51,425 nt of DNA from a virus (IMGVR_UViG_3300037297_000175:1-51425); one strand, 5' to 3'; positions 35,002 through 44,147 are shown, counted from the stretch's first letter. Translations and numbers: made by a program. The notes: generated from the letters alone by a model not told the origin.

Positions 35002-35694
35002 TCACCGGGCGACACTCCCGCAAGCTGCTCTGGACGACACCCCGTCCAGGTCCTCGACGACAGTGTCGTCTTCGGCCGGAGACGACGCAAACTCTCGCCA
35101 AGCCGCCGACACAACCCCAGTGCCAGGAAACAAATCGTCAAACATGTCGTTCGGCGCCGCGGCAAGCGCCTGGAACAGGAATGCACAGAATGCGATCGGT
35201 TTTCGCCCCATGAGCGTCCCACCAAACCTGGCCGGTTGAGCTGAGATCCAGTCGCGGATCCCGGAGTGAACGACGCGAGCCTGTTTCACGACCAGTGGCT
35301 CCCATGTCGAGTGTAGACCTCGAGTCCTCGGCGACGCTCCAATTGGCTTCACCCACGCGCACACCCTGACTTCAGGCGGGCAGAGGGGGAGTATGTCGCG
35401 CAAGGCCTTCGACGACGTTGACAGCGCCCACCCATCGTATGTCGCTAGATCCCGGACGAGACGCACATGGTCTACCTCGCCCCGGTAGGTGTCCTCGTAC
35501 TGGTAGTACTTCTTTGCCAGACCTGGGTATGGCGGGTCGGCGTAGGCCAGCCGCTTCGGTTCCCGGGCTGTCGCCTCGAGGTGTGAGAGACGCCGAAACC
35601 GATATGCAGCCTGCCTGCACCGTTTGGAACAGTAAGTTTGGTGTTTCTTGACGGGAACTTTATCGCACCATTTGCAGAGCTGTTGAGTCATCAA
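35002..35694 (-). CDS. Putative amino-DNA methyltransferase with N-terminal zinc ribbon
   Basis: CxxC..YCSKRC; YADPPY; DLFPGTG. Confidence 0.7.
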   Translation of the reverse strand: MMTQQLCKWCDKVPVKKHQTYCSKRCRQAAYRFRRLSHLEATAREPKRLAYADPPYPGLAKKYYQYEDTYRGEVDHVRLVRDLATYDGWALSTSSKALRDILPLCPPEVRVCAWVKPIGASPRTRGLHSTWEPLVVKQARVVHSGIRDWISAQPARFGGTLMGRKPIAFCAFLFQALAAAPNDMFDDLFPGTGVVSAAWREFASSPAEDDTVVEDLDGVSSRAACGSVAR

Positions 35695-36038
35695 TTGGTG
35701 CCTCGACCGGTCACATGTTCAGGATAGACGTAAGTTATCTCGTCTTCCCCTACCAATGCAACCCGGTTGCCAGTCTCGTTGGCCACCCACTGCGCGTGCT
35801 CTTGCACTTGCAATTGTACCGTCCTGTCGCGCTCCCAGAGGTCATCAAACGGCTCCAGGGTAACAGGGAGAAGATAGTCAACCACATTGACAATCGGGGT
35901 GCCCAGATCAAAGCCGGTGACTATCCCTTCCATGCCCTCTTTGATGTCGGCTATCTTTTTACCTCTGCCAATCTTCCAATAGACCGGGAAGTCCCTTTTC
36001 GCCCGAACGTGCATGCCGAGCTCAATCTTCGTCGTCAT
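35691..36038 (-). CDS. Hypothetical protein (SH3-like)
   Basis: GGAGG RBS before MTTKIELG. Confidence 0.55.
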   Translation of the reverse strand: MTTKIELGMHVRAKRDFPVYWKIGRGKKIADIKEGMEGIVTGFDLGTPIVNVVDYLLPVTLEPFDDLWERDRTVQLQVQEHAQWVANETGNRVALVGEDEITYVYPEHVTGRGTN

Positions 36039-36261
36039 CGTAGAAATCCTCCATATTGCCGTGTATCGGTAAAAAGCCATCACAAGACCGATCTTGATGA
36101 ATCCGGTCTGCGTAGTGCTCACTCTCTGGGTTCTCGCAATCTCCCTCATTGCCTGAGCCGCATAGAAGAAGTAGGAGCATTCCCAGCAAGACTTTTTTCT
36201 CTTCATGATGTCTCCCTTGAAAAACACCAGGAGGGGCCATCCCCTCCCAGCGCAGTCAAAC

Positions 36262-36615
36262 CTACAGAGCCGAAGCCCTCTCCGCACGGTCCAACTGTCC
36301 ACTCCAGTCCCGAACACATTTAAGAATCCCCGGGACATCCACAGCCTTCATGACGCAGTCAACCGGTAGCAATCCCGACATCAGCGCGATGTCGCAGTAG
36401 GGCTCAAACTCCACTCCTTCAGGTATGCGGCTCGTGATATGTTCCTTGACGATCTGCTTCACGAATCCAGCGCACTGCTCGTTGTTGAAGCAGCCGACCT
36501 CCACCAGGTGGGCCTCCACTGCGTCACACTTCGGCGCTGCAAGATCGGGGGTGATCCTCGCGCCGCTGCATCCCAGAAATACAAACATCAGTCCAATTAT
36601 AAATAGCACTTTCAT
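36262..36615 (-). CDS. Cys-rich lipoprotein
   Basis: MKVLFIIGLMFVFLGC lipobox; AAGGAGG RBS. Confidence 0.75.
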   Translation of the reverse strand: MKVLFIIGLMFVFLGCSGARITPDLAAPKCDAVEAHLVEVGCFNNEQCAGFVKQIVKEHITSRIPEGVEFEPYCDIALMSGLLPVDCVMKAVDVPGILKCVRDWSGQLDRAERASAL

Positions 36616-36661
36616 GCTTCCTCCTTGCCCCGTTGGGGCGGTTGATTAATTGTTGAGTATT

Positions 36662-37306
36662 TCACACCGCAAGCACTCCTTGCGCAAGACGCTGAATAGC
36701 TGACCGACAATACGTCTCTTCTATTTCAACACCAACAGCTCGATACCCAAGCGCCTTTGCCGCAACCAGTGTTGTCCCAGATCCAGCAAACGGATCCAGG
36801 ATTACACCGCGATGGCAACAGGATATTAAGTCCATCATTAGAGACACGGGCTTTTCCATTGGATGCCATCTTGATTTTCTTCGTCCTACGCAGCCCGCTA
36901 CAGCCAAATGTCGCAACACGGATCCTCTTCGCCTTCCAAAGAAACCTCTTCCGATTACATATATCTCCTCATGGTTTGGCTTCCATGGCAACGAAAGATC
37001 CCCCATGCCAACATGTTCACCTTTCTCCCATATAAGTAAGTGTCGAGTATTTATCGGGCGAGCAATTCTCCATGTTCCAAACACAAGAGCAGGGCGTTCA
37101 CCCCATGCGTCAAGCAGTGTGTCGCGGGCAACGGTATCCAGATCGCCATTTATTGAGCAGTCACCTAACCGTCCTTTCTTTCCACTGCTAAACCCTATCC
37201 CATATGGCGGGTCGGTAACCAGTACATCAGCGTATATCGAGTCAAACACATCCCGGAAATCGCAATTAAAAATTGTAATCCCTGATTCCTCGTAATAGGG
37301 TTTCAC
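36662..37306 (-). CDS. N4/N6 DNA methyltransferase (beta class)
   Basis: TDPPYG, HPMEKP, LDPFAGSGTT; GTGA overlap start. Confidence 0.9.
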   Translation of the reverse strand: MKPYYEESGITIFNCDFRDVFDSIYADVLVTDPPYGIGFSSGKKGRLGDCSINGDLDTVARDTLLDAWGERPALVFGTWRIARPINTRHLLIWEKGEHVGMGDLSLPWKPNHEEIYVIGRGFFGRRRGSVLRHLAVAGCVGRRKSRWHPMEKPVSLMMDLISCCHRGVILDPFAGSGTTLVAAKALGYRAVGVEIEETYCRSAIQRLAQGVLAV

Positions 37307-37488
37307 TTTTCTATCTCCTCTCCGTGCGCATTCCAGCACGCTTTAATATTTCCGACATACCAATGACAGCATGATGCATCCGTATTGAACGGCCTGATCT
37401 CGCATCCTGTAAAGTCGTTGAGAGTGCAACGGCAATGAATCCAGTTGTACCAAGCGCACTGTCCACAGAATATTGAGATACGACTCAT
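37303..37488 (-). CDS. Small Cys-rich protein
   Basis: FCGQCAWYNWIHCRC; coupled overlaps at both ends. Confidence 0.55.
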   Translation of the reverse strand: MSRISIFCGQCAWYNWIHCRCTLNDFTGCEIRPFNTDASCCHWYVGNIKACWNAHGEEIEK

Positions 37489-37751
37489 GTTGACCCTCGC
37501 TGTATGATTGTTTCAATCGCCAGAATCAGCCGGGCCACCGCGTGCGCCCAGTGGGGCTCACCGGTCTCTTCATCGTCTCCATGTTGCGCCAGATGAGCAA
37601 GTGCATGTTTGATGTGTTCTTGCGCGCTGGCTTCGTCTTCGGCGTGCTTCTCGTCTCCATGAATCAGTAATTGAAGGACACTTGTGCAGGCCTTCCAGTT
37701 ATGTTCTAGGTAGTGATAAATTCTCCCCCACTGGTGATTGGTGATAATCAT
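37485..37751 (-). CDS. DUF5664 (dATP/dGTP diphosphohydrolase-like) small protein
   Basis: HGDEKH...HALAHL..DEETGEPHWAHAVARL. Confidence 0.55.
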   Translation of the reverse strand: MIITNHQWGRIYHYLEHNWKACTSVLQLLIHGDEKHAEDEASAQEHIKHALAHLAQHGDDEETGEPHWAHAVARLILAIETIIQRGST

Positions 37752-38200
37752 TGGAATGAACCCCCCTTCGCAATACTCCCCCATCCCATGGCGTACTCAA
37801 TGGTCGGTTGATCTTCCTCTTCGTCGTATCCAAGAAAACACTTTAGACAGAGCTTCTTCCCCTTCCATTTTTCGAGCTTCCCCTTCGCTCCGCACTCGTC
37901 GCATCGGCCGTTCCCAGTTCTCTTATATTCGTGGATGTAGCCCTCGACTATCGCGCGCTTTATTCCGAGCTCTCTGGCAATCTCCATCGGTGTCGAACCT
38001 AGATCGGCAAGTCTTCCTACGGCAATTACATTGTCTCTGTGGTTTGTCTTCGGGGAGTACCCGCTGTTGTGCAGGTAAACGTTCACCGTGCTCTTGGCGA
38101 TGCCGAGTATCTCCATGATCTCTTCGCGGCTCTTGCCCTCTCGGAACAGCCTTATCGTTTCTTTCATGCGATAGTGCTTCATCTCTTTTGACCCACTCAT
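37748..38200 (-). CDS. Tandem-HTH transcription regulator with zinc ribbon
   Basis: SREEIMEILGIAKSTVNVYL; TPMEIARELGIKRAIVEGYI; CDEC..CLKC. Confidence 0.7.
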   Translation of the reverse strand: MSGSKEMKHYRMKETIRLFREGKSREEIMEILGIAKSTVNVYLHNSGYSPKTNHRDNVIAVGRLADLGSTPMEIARELGIKRAIVEGYIHEYKRTGNGRCDECGAKGKLEKWKGKKLCLKCFLGYDEEEDQPTIEYAMGWGSIAKGGSFQ

Positions 38201-38595
38201 TATGGTTTACTCCTCTGGCATTTGTTGATATTCCAGTATTCCACCGCTTCATCTGGCGTCGGAAATGCAGGTGAGCACAATCCACAGGAACCACATTTAA
38301 TGAAGTACTCCTTTTTGCCGGGCACCTTGTATGGCCTGGATGATCCATCACAGTATTTGCAATGTTCTGCTCGATTTGATACATCTGGTACATCTTCTTC
38401 TATCAATTGGCCAAGCATCTCATATAGTGTTTCTTTGTTGTCGAAGATGAATGAAATTGGGGAATCCTTCCACGATCCACGCTTCGACATCAGCAGTTCC
38501 ATGTCACGCCAAATGACATTGGAAAGTTTTTCATCGCCGTGACCACATCCATCAATCGAACTAACCCATACTTCTTTTCTTTTCGCTGTTGCCAT
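38200..38595 (-). CDS. Protein with C-terminal Lar-like (restriction alleviation) zinc domain
   Basis: CKYCDG...IKCGSCG...EAVEYWN. Confidence 0.65.
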   Translation of the reverse strand: MATAKRKEVWVSSIDGCGHGDEKLSNVIWRDMELLMSKRGSWKDSPISFIFDNKETLYEMLGQLIEEDVPDVSNRAEHCKYCDGSSRPYKVPGKKEYFIKCGSCGLCSPAFPTPDEAVEYWNINKCQRSKP

Positions 38596-38797
38596 CTTCC
38601 TGCCTTTCAAAGTCGTACCCATCAATTTTTCTAACTATCCCCCACACCTCTCGCTTGCTCACGTTCGGCCACCGCAACTTGCATTCCTCGTGAATCCATT
38701 GAAGTAGAAACCTCAGTTCGTGACGGTTGTTCGGTTTCCCAGTGCGGGATTCTTGGAGCTCAACGAGACGATGTATATGTTTATCAACCGACATCAT
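38561..38797 (-). CDS. Hypothetical protein
   Basis: Packed ORF. Confidence 0.45.
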   Translation of the reverse strand: MMSVDKHIHRLVELQESRTGKPNNRHELRFLLQWIHEECKLRWPNVSKREVWGIVRKIDGYDFERQEDGNSEKKRSMG

Positions 38798-39197
38798 TCA
38801 AGCTGAACACGATCCCACGACAGAAAATTTCGCCGTCTTCAATCACGTCAAACGTCGCATGGGGAATGTCGGTTTCGAACGTCCAAGCGATGTCTCCATC
38901 ACACCATTTCACGTGTATCTTTGTTGCCTGTTCTTTCTTTTTCGCATAGTACGGACATCTATCGTCATCACATTCGTTGGTGACAATCCCGTCCTTGTTT
39001 AGTGGAACGGTAGCTCCTTCCCATGCGCCAAACTCGTCATTGATTGCGCCCCGGAATTCGCAGAGGTCATCGGACGCGCCAAAGACGATCACGAGACCGT
39101 TCTCTGCGGCAATCCTCCCCATGTCATTTGGGACTTCATGTCGATACTCTCGATTGTTCAACAGTGTAGCCAATTCTTCTTTTGTAAAATCTTTCAT
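38784..39197 (-). CDS. Conserved phage protein
   Basis: LNNREY..GLVIVFGASDDLCEFRGAI..TDIPHATFDV..FCRGIVF. Confidence 0.7.
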   Translation of the reverse strand: MKDFTKEELATLLNNREYRHEVPNDMGRIAAENGLVIVFGASDDLCEFRGAINDEFGAWEGATVPLNKDGIVTNECDDDRCPYYAKKKEQATKIHVKWCDGDIAWTFETDIPHATFDVIEDGEIFCRGIVFSLNDVG

Positions 39198-39224
39198 TTG
39201 TTTGCCTTTCTTGTTAAATATTTT

Positions 39225-39590
39225 TCATATACTCCCACTACCCATCGTGAAATCCGGAAGCGGATCGCCATCCAAACAACAGAACAGATGCAGACACCTC
39301 GGGTGAATGTTGACGTGCTCCTTCGCTTCTGGAAGCACCATGATCGCTTTCCTGTCGTCTCCTATCCAGTGGCGCTTAAGGTAGGTCAATTCGTCGTATG
39401 TCGGCATTCTGCGCCTGTGAGATATCGACAGGTGCAGCCAGAATTTCCCGTCACCGTATTGCGCGAATGAGGCGATCACCGCAAGGTTCTTTTTATTGTT
39501 GCGCCATACTCCATGATAGTTGCGCGATGAAATTTTAGCCCAGCCAGGTGGCAGATTCCTTCCAGTCAATGGTAATCCTTGATCCATCAC
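39225..39590 (-). CDS. Conserved phage protein
   Basis: WLHLSISHRRRMPTYDEL..EHVNIHPRCLHL. Confidence 0.7.
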   Translation of the reverse strand: MMDQGLPLTGRNLPPGWAKISSRNYHGVWRNNKKNLAVIASFAQYGDGKFWLHLSISHRRRMPTYDELTYLKRHWIGDDRKAIMVLPEAKEHVNIHPRCLHLFCCLDGDPLPDFTMGSGSI

Positions 39591-39594
39591 TGCC

Positions 39595-39795
39595 TCACTG
39601 TTCCTCTTGAGGAGCGAACATGTGCACCGCGACCATGCCAGCTACTGCTGTCGCAGTCTTGAACGCTTCAAATTTCAATTGCGCAATGGCGTTTATCTTC
39701 TCAAGAAAATCCATTTCTTCGTTCAGAATCTGCTCGATTTCCGGTTTTATCTTCTCCAGGATTGCGCCGTAGTAGTAATCAATCCCCTTTTCCAT
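39595..39795 (-). CDS. Hypothetical protein
   Basis: Packed ORF. Confidence 0.5.
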   Translation of the reverse strand: MEKGIDYYYGAILEKIKPEIEQILNEEMDFLEKINAIAQLKFEAFKTATAVAGMVAVHMFAPQEEQ

Positions 39796-40258
39796 TTTCT
39801 TTCTCTTTCTGGACTCTTCCTCTGAGCCTTTCCAGCCGCCGCAGTCTAAACGCCGTTATCCGTCTCGCCCTCGGTGTCCCCATGCACCGACCAGATGCAT
39901 ATCTCCACAGACCACGCTCAAGGCTCCCACAGAAACGCCTATCCATATCGATGAGCATCGCCCCGCACATTACCTGCCCCCGCGCTGTGGACAAATCGTG
40001 CTCGCCCTCACAGGCTTTCAGGTGCTTGCCGTGAACCTGAAAGAGACCGACCTCTCCTAGTGCCCCCTCGGCGTCCACCCGAAATGATGACTCGTAGAAC
40101 GACCAGGTGACGAGTAGAGACGGTTCGATGTTGTATCGTTCGCCCGCGTCGACAAAGTGACGTGACATCGTATCCCGCGCATTGGCGTCACGGTACAGGA
40201 GACGATTGGGAGTAGTGGATAACAGGATGAATATTATTGCCGATACCGAGGTCATCAT
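39779..40258 (-). CDS. SLT-type lytic transglycosylase with hydrophobic N-terminus (candidate SAR endolysin)
   Basis: YNIEPSLL..ESSF..GEVGLFQV..YASG. Confidence 0.75.
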   Translation of the reverse strand: MMTSVSAIIFILLSTTPNRLLYRDANARDTMSRHFVDAGERYNIEPSLLVTWSFYESSFRVDAEGALGEVGLFQVHGKHLKACEGEHDLSTARGQVMCGAMLIDMDRRFCGSLERGLWRYASGRCMGTPRARRITAFRLRRLERLRGRVQKEKENGKGD

Positions 40259-40268
40259 GCAGCACCTC

Positions 40269-40571
40269 CTAAAACTTCGGATCCTTCATTGGACCACCGG
40301 GTGACTTGGATTCCGCTTTCTTATTTGCTTTAGGCGGGGGTGCTACGGCCTCCACCTGCTGCTCGTCAAACCACTCTGGCTCCAACGGCTTCCCGTCCTT
40401 GAGTGTTTTGGATTGGACACTGACTCGAATACAACCGTTAAGCCAAAAGGTGAGGCCGATCACCACCCCTTCATATCCGGTGATCGTATCTCGAACTTCC
40501 TGTCTTAGTGCGAATCTGCTTTTCAAAGTTGCCATCTTATATCCTTTCTTTTTGGTGTCTGGAATAATCAT
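40269..40571 (-). CDS. Conserved small phage protein
   Basis: VRDTITGYEGVV..WLNGC..WFDE..GGP. Confidence 0.7.
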   Translation of the reverse strand: MIIPDTKKKGYKMATLKSRFALRQEVRDTITGYEGVVIGLTFWLNGCIRVSVQSKTLKDGKPLEPEWFDEQQVEAVAPPPKANKKAESKSPGGPMKDPKF

Positions 40572-40699
40572 AGCGCCCTCCAGATCTGTTCGATTAGAGC
40601 TGTTATCGATGCCAGAGCCCCGAAGCCAAACAGGAACACCAGCATCCAGAACATGATTTCAATTCTCGACTTTTTGGTTTTTGTTTTTATTAGTCGCAT
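40568..40699 (-). CDS. Small single-TM protein (43 aa)
   Basis: Read manually; TAATG and ATGA overlaps; MFWMLVFLFGFGALASITALI. Confidence 0.5.
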   Translation of the reverse strand: MRLIKTKTKKSRIEIMFWMLVFLFGFGALASITALIEQIWRAL

Positions 40700-41328
40700 T
40701 ATTGCTGCATCTCCTTTCTTCGCACGTATCCATCCAAGATACTGCCGATCTCTTCTGGAGTGCCTCGATGCGCAACAGACTGTGGCAACACGCCCGTGGT
40801 TCTCTTCTCTGGCAACGCAGGCGCCGTCAGATTAGCCGCTCTCGCGACAGCCGGCATGGTAACCGCCCTCCGCTTTTCATCCTGGCAGAGCGCCTTATAG
40901 TGGCTCAGGAAAACATGCCGTGTTGATTCGATACTCGAAGCGGTATTGATCGCCCAAGTACCGCCAGCGACATTTAGAGATCTCTTTTCTTTCGCACTGA
41001 GATCTACGTGATCCCTTCTGGCAAAGGCGCAAACCCTCTCCCAAGCTTCTGTGGGCGATATTGGGCTCAGTTCTCCACGAGCGATGTCAATAGCCCTGTC
41101 ACGCACCTGGCCGGGAGTGGGTGGCCACTCACGAGGCTCTGCAAGCAGATCCATTGCCGCTGCGAGCACGGATGTCTCGTTGATGTCCTTCAGCAGTAAA
41201 AACCAGGTTTCCCTTGTCACGTCCGATGGTGCCTTTATCCGTTCACCACCGAACGCAGCTATCATCCTAGAAAAAATCATCTCTATCGTTTCTGGTGATA
41301 CCCTCTGATTCCCTCTTGAGTCTTTCAT
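40699..41328 (-). CDS. Helicase loader/inhibitor-like (G39P-type) replication protein
   Basis: TWFLLLKDI..WPPTPGQVR..PTEAWERV; follows the initiator. Confidence 0.65.
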   Translation of the reverse strand: MKDSRGNQRVSPETIEMIFSRMIAAFGGERIKAPSDVTRETWFLLLKDINETSVLAAAMDLLAEPREWPPTPGQVRDRAIDIARGELSPISPTEAWERVCAFARRDHVDLSAKEKRSLNVAGGTWAINTASSIESTRHVFLSHYKALCQDEKRRAVTMPAVARAANLTAPALPEKRTTGVLPQSVAHRGTPEEIGSILDGYVRRKEMQQ

Positions 41329-42238
41329 CTCTGGACCTCTTTAATTTTTCGAGCTCTTGCTCTGTTTTGTTCAGTTTTGGTTTTGACTGTTCGGCCTGTT
41401 TCCGGATCGTGTTCTTCAGGCAGTTCATCAACCACTGGTGCAGCTTGTTTCGGCCGTTGATGTCATACACCGGGTCGTTGGGTGATTTGCTCGTTGAGAT
41501 GTCTTCGAGCCATCGCATCTGATCACCGTCGAGCTGCACAAGGTAGATTTTCGCTTGCTGCACCCATGCGATGGCGTCCTGGGTTGAGCAATCGGGCCAC
41601 GCGGTCAAAATGAATCTTGCGATATTTTGGTCTTCCAAGCTCGGAAGAAACTTCAATGCTTCATCGATTGGCTGTAGATCGACTTTCGATGTCTCCTCAA
41701 CTTGATCCTTCGATGTATTATATATATTTTTTCTTCCCTCTGTATCTGTATCTGTATCTGTAGTGTGTAACGCCTGGTAACAACCGGTAACATCATGTAA
41801 CGCGTTACCAGCGTTACGTAACGCGTTACCAGCGTTACCATCATTACATGGTGTATTACCGGCTTTCTGTTCCTTTAGGCGCTCCCGGTATCGCTTTTGC
41901 TTCTCTGCATTCTTTCGATTGCGGTCTTCTGGGGAATCTTTTTCCTGATAGATCTCATGATTCAAGATCTCCCATCCGCCTGGAACATCAGAAATCCTGC
42001 GCCCCTCATTGTTGGGTGTCCGACTGTACGGATCTGGCGAAGAAAGTCGTAACAGTGCTTCTTCGCACTGTGGAATTCCGACGCGGGCAGCATCGGCGAG
42101 CCCAGGGATGGAAGCCTCGACCATGCCGTCGCGGTCCTTCATGGCGAGCATTGTTATCCAGACAAGCCGTACGTGATCTGGCTCACGCCAAATAGTCGAA
42201 TGGATAATAGACGAGAACAGCTTGGAGTATCCACTCAT
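41267..42238 (-). CDS. Replication initiator (replisome organiser)
   Basis: YSKLFSSII.STIW..WITMLA..SPDPYSR..GGWEILNH; internal iterons. Confidence 0.8.
   Translation of the reverse strand: MSGYSKLFSSIIHSTIWREPDHVRLVWITMLAMKDRDGMVEASIPGLADAARVGIPQCEEALLRLSSPDPYSRTPNNEGRRISDVPGGWEILNHEIYQEKDSPEDRNRKNAEKQKRYRERLKEQKAGNTPCNDGNAGNALRNAGNALHDVTGCYQALHTTDTDTDTEGRKNIYNTSKDQVEETSKVDLQPIDEALKFLPSLEDQNIARFILTAWPDCSTQDAIAWVQQAKIYLVQLDGDQMRWLEDISTSKSPNDPVYDINGRNKLHQWLMNCLKNTIRKQAEQSKPKLNKTEQELEKLKRSRDERLKRESEGITRNDRDDFF
41716..41860. other. Candidate replication origin (iterons plus AT-rich tract)
   Basis: GTAAC at 41767, 41777, 41787, 41797 (10-bp period); 21-bp tandem GTAACGCGTTACCAGCGTTAC twice; AT tract at 41716-41733. 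Confidence 0.7.
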
Positions 42239-42255
42239 GGTCGATGCCTTCCCAG

Positions 42256-42474
42256 CTACACCATTGAGGTGTCACTTGGCTGTTCGGTTTCGATTGGAAA
42301 CGTGCTCGCGTCTATCCATTCCTCGATGTCAGATTCTCTATATCGAACCGTGCATCGAATGCCGCTTCCGAGTTTGCGACCCTTGAGCCTTCCTTCTCGT
42401 GTCCATTTACGAATTGTTTCAATATGGACCGATAATTTATCGGCCACTTCTTGTGCGGTGAGCAGTTTTGACAT
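42256..42474 (-). CDS. Excisionase/Cox-like HTH_17 protein
   Basis: LLTAQEVADKLSVHIETIRKW..G.L..VRYRESDIEEW; AGGAGG RBS; adjacent to attP. Confidence 0.8.
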   Translation of the reverse strand: MSKLLTAQEVADKLSVHIETIRKWTREGRLKGRKLGSGIRCTVRYRESDIEEWIDASTFPIETEQPSDTSMV

Positions 42475-42652
42475 ATCGGCATACCTCCTGCGCAATAGCG
42501 CAAATTAACTGCTCAAAACATATCGCCGGCGGGTTGGAAAATATCCTTTTGATTTCTGGGGCGAATTCAAAAGCAAAAAACTGGTGGCATTGCTGCTCCA
42601 AATATATAAAACAAATGGCGGCCAAAAAATGCATTGGCCACCCATAAAATGT

Positions 42653-42681
42653 TTGACAGCCGGATTTTCGGTGAGTAGGGT
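42653..42681 (+). promoter_or_regulatory. Candidate promoter reading across attP toward int
   Basis: TTGACA-N17-TAGGGT. Confidence 0.5.
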
Positions 42682-42732
42682 TAGGATATGCTCAGGAATG
42701 GCGCAAATCAGGAATTTTTAGCGGCCCGAGTC

Positions 42733-42777
42733 CTACGGAACCGAGGGTCAGGTGTTCGAATCGCCTCGGGCGCGCCA
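42733..42777 (+). other. attP: attP core: 3' half of tRNA-Arg(ACG)
   Basis: CT-ACG-GA anticodon loop, ACCGA, T-arm AGGTG-TTCGAAT-CGCCT, CGGGCGC-G-CCA; 5' half absent; next to int. Confidence 0.85.
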
Positions 42778-43037
42778 GTTTTTCTCTTAGAAATATCCAA
42801 CAATTACAGGACCATACTGAAAATATTTTCAGGGATGGTCCATGGCCTCAGAACGTCAATCTCGCTCCAAAACTACACATTTTCTGTCGATTTTAATCGT
42901 TTACTGAAAATCTGGCAATTCCTGGAAATTTGCATGATTTTCGAAATGATACATGCTTATCATCTGCGAAACAAATCGAAGGCTTGGCGGGGAATTCAGG
43001 TGGCACTGGTGCGCCAAATCAACAGGAAAGGTGTGAG

Positions 43038-44147
43038 ATGAGCAAGCATATAAGACAGTCAAAACCCGCCAAGCGTGGTAAACGCTGGCAAATCCGATGG
43101 ATCGATGAAAACGGAAAAAGAAGAAGTCAAACGTGGGACAACTACGAGGATGCCGAGCACGCCTTGGCGACCCATAAGCTTCAAGTGATGGAGGTGCGTC
43201 GAGGCCTCCGGGTGCGTCCGCCAAAGGGCCGCAGCTTTGAGGAGCTTTGCCAGAGATGGCTGGAAGTCCGAACGACTCGGAAGCGCACCCGGAAAGACGA
43301 CACATCAATCATCGGGGTGCATCTGCGGCCGACTTTCGGTCGCTTAGATATCGCCCAGATCACTTCGGAGCACATTGACCTTTTTTCGGCAGCGCTGTCG
43401 GCAAAGCGCGCGCCACAGACTGTTCGGAACGTCCTGATATTGCTTGGCGCCATGCTTAGACAAGCCGTAGAATGGGGGTGGCTCCAGTTTGTACCCAGGA
43501 TACAACTGCCGAGGGTTCGACTGTTTGAGAGCGCCTACAGGTGGCTTCGTACAGAAGATGAGCGAGATCAATTTTTGCGCGCTGCGAAGCTGTATCACCT
43601 GCCGGTGGTCTATCACATGTACGCAACCGCAGTGCATACTGGAATGCGCGCCGGCGAGCTTGCGGGCTTGCGGTGGCAGGACGTAGACCTCAACCGTCGC
43701 ATAATCACCGTTCAGCGATCATACGATGGCCCAACGAAAGCCGGCGATATACGACATATCCCGATTGGCGACGGCCTGCTTCCTATTCTCAGGGAGTGGC
43801 GGCTGGCCTGTGGTAACCGGTTCGTGTTCCCCAATGCAGCCGGCCAGATGTGGGATCCGCGCGGTCGTATTTTCAAGACAATGTTCCATAAGGTGCTGCA
43901 ACTGGGCGGGTTCCCACCAAAGTACATCACTTTTCATTCCTTGCGGCACACATTCGCGAGTCATTTCGTGATGAACGGCGGCGACCTGGAGGGTCTCCAG
44001 CAAATCCTCGGCCACAAGGATTCGAAAATGACCCAGCGATACGCCCATTGGCGCCCCGATGCCTTTGACAAGTATCGAGGAATCATGGGGCCAGTAAAGT
44101 GCGGCGATGGCGAGGTGGTCGAGATGCGCAAGAAGGAGGAGGCATGA
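43038..44147 (+). CDS. int: Tyrosine integrase
   Basis: TGMRAGEL, TKAG, HSLRH, LGH, RY catalytic residues; N-terminal arm-binding WQIRW. Confidence 0.93.
   Translation: MSKHIRQSKPAKRGKRWQIRWIDENGKRRSQTWDNYEDAEHALATHKLQVMEVRRGLRVRPPKGRSFEELCQRWLEVRTTRKRTRKDDTSIIGVHLRPTFGRLDIAQITSEHIDLFSAALSAKRAPQTVRNVLILLGAMLRQAVEWGWLQFVPRIQLPRVRLFESAYRWLRTEDERDQFLRAAKLYHLPVVYHMYATAVHTGMRAGELAGLRWQDVDLNRRIITVQRSYDGPTKAGDIRHIPIGDGLLPILREWRLACGNRFVFPNAAGQMWDPRGRIFKTMFHKVLQLGGFPPKYITFHSLRHTFASHFVMNGGDLEGLQQILGHKDSKMTQRYAHWRPDAFDKYRGIMGPVKCGDGEVVEMRKKEEA

Noticed and set aside
34118-35101. 327-aa minus-strand ORF
   Set aside because: Antisense shadow of the gpZ-like gene, with no recognisable motifs.
42700-42777. 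Complete phage tRNA gene
   Set aside because: The 5' acceptor strand, D-arm and 5' anticodon stem are missing; only the 3' half exists, as expected for an attP.
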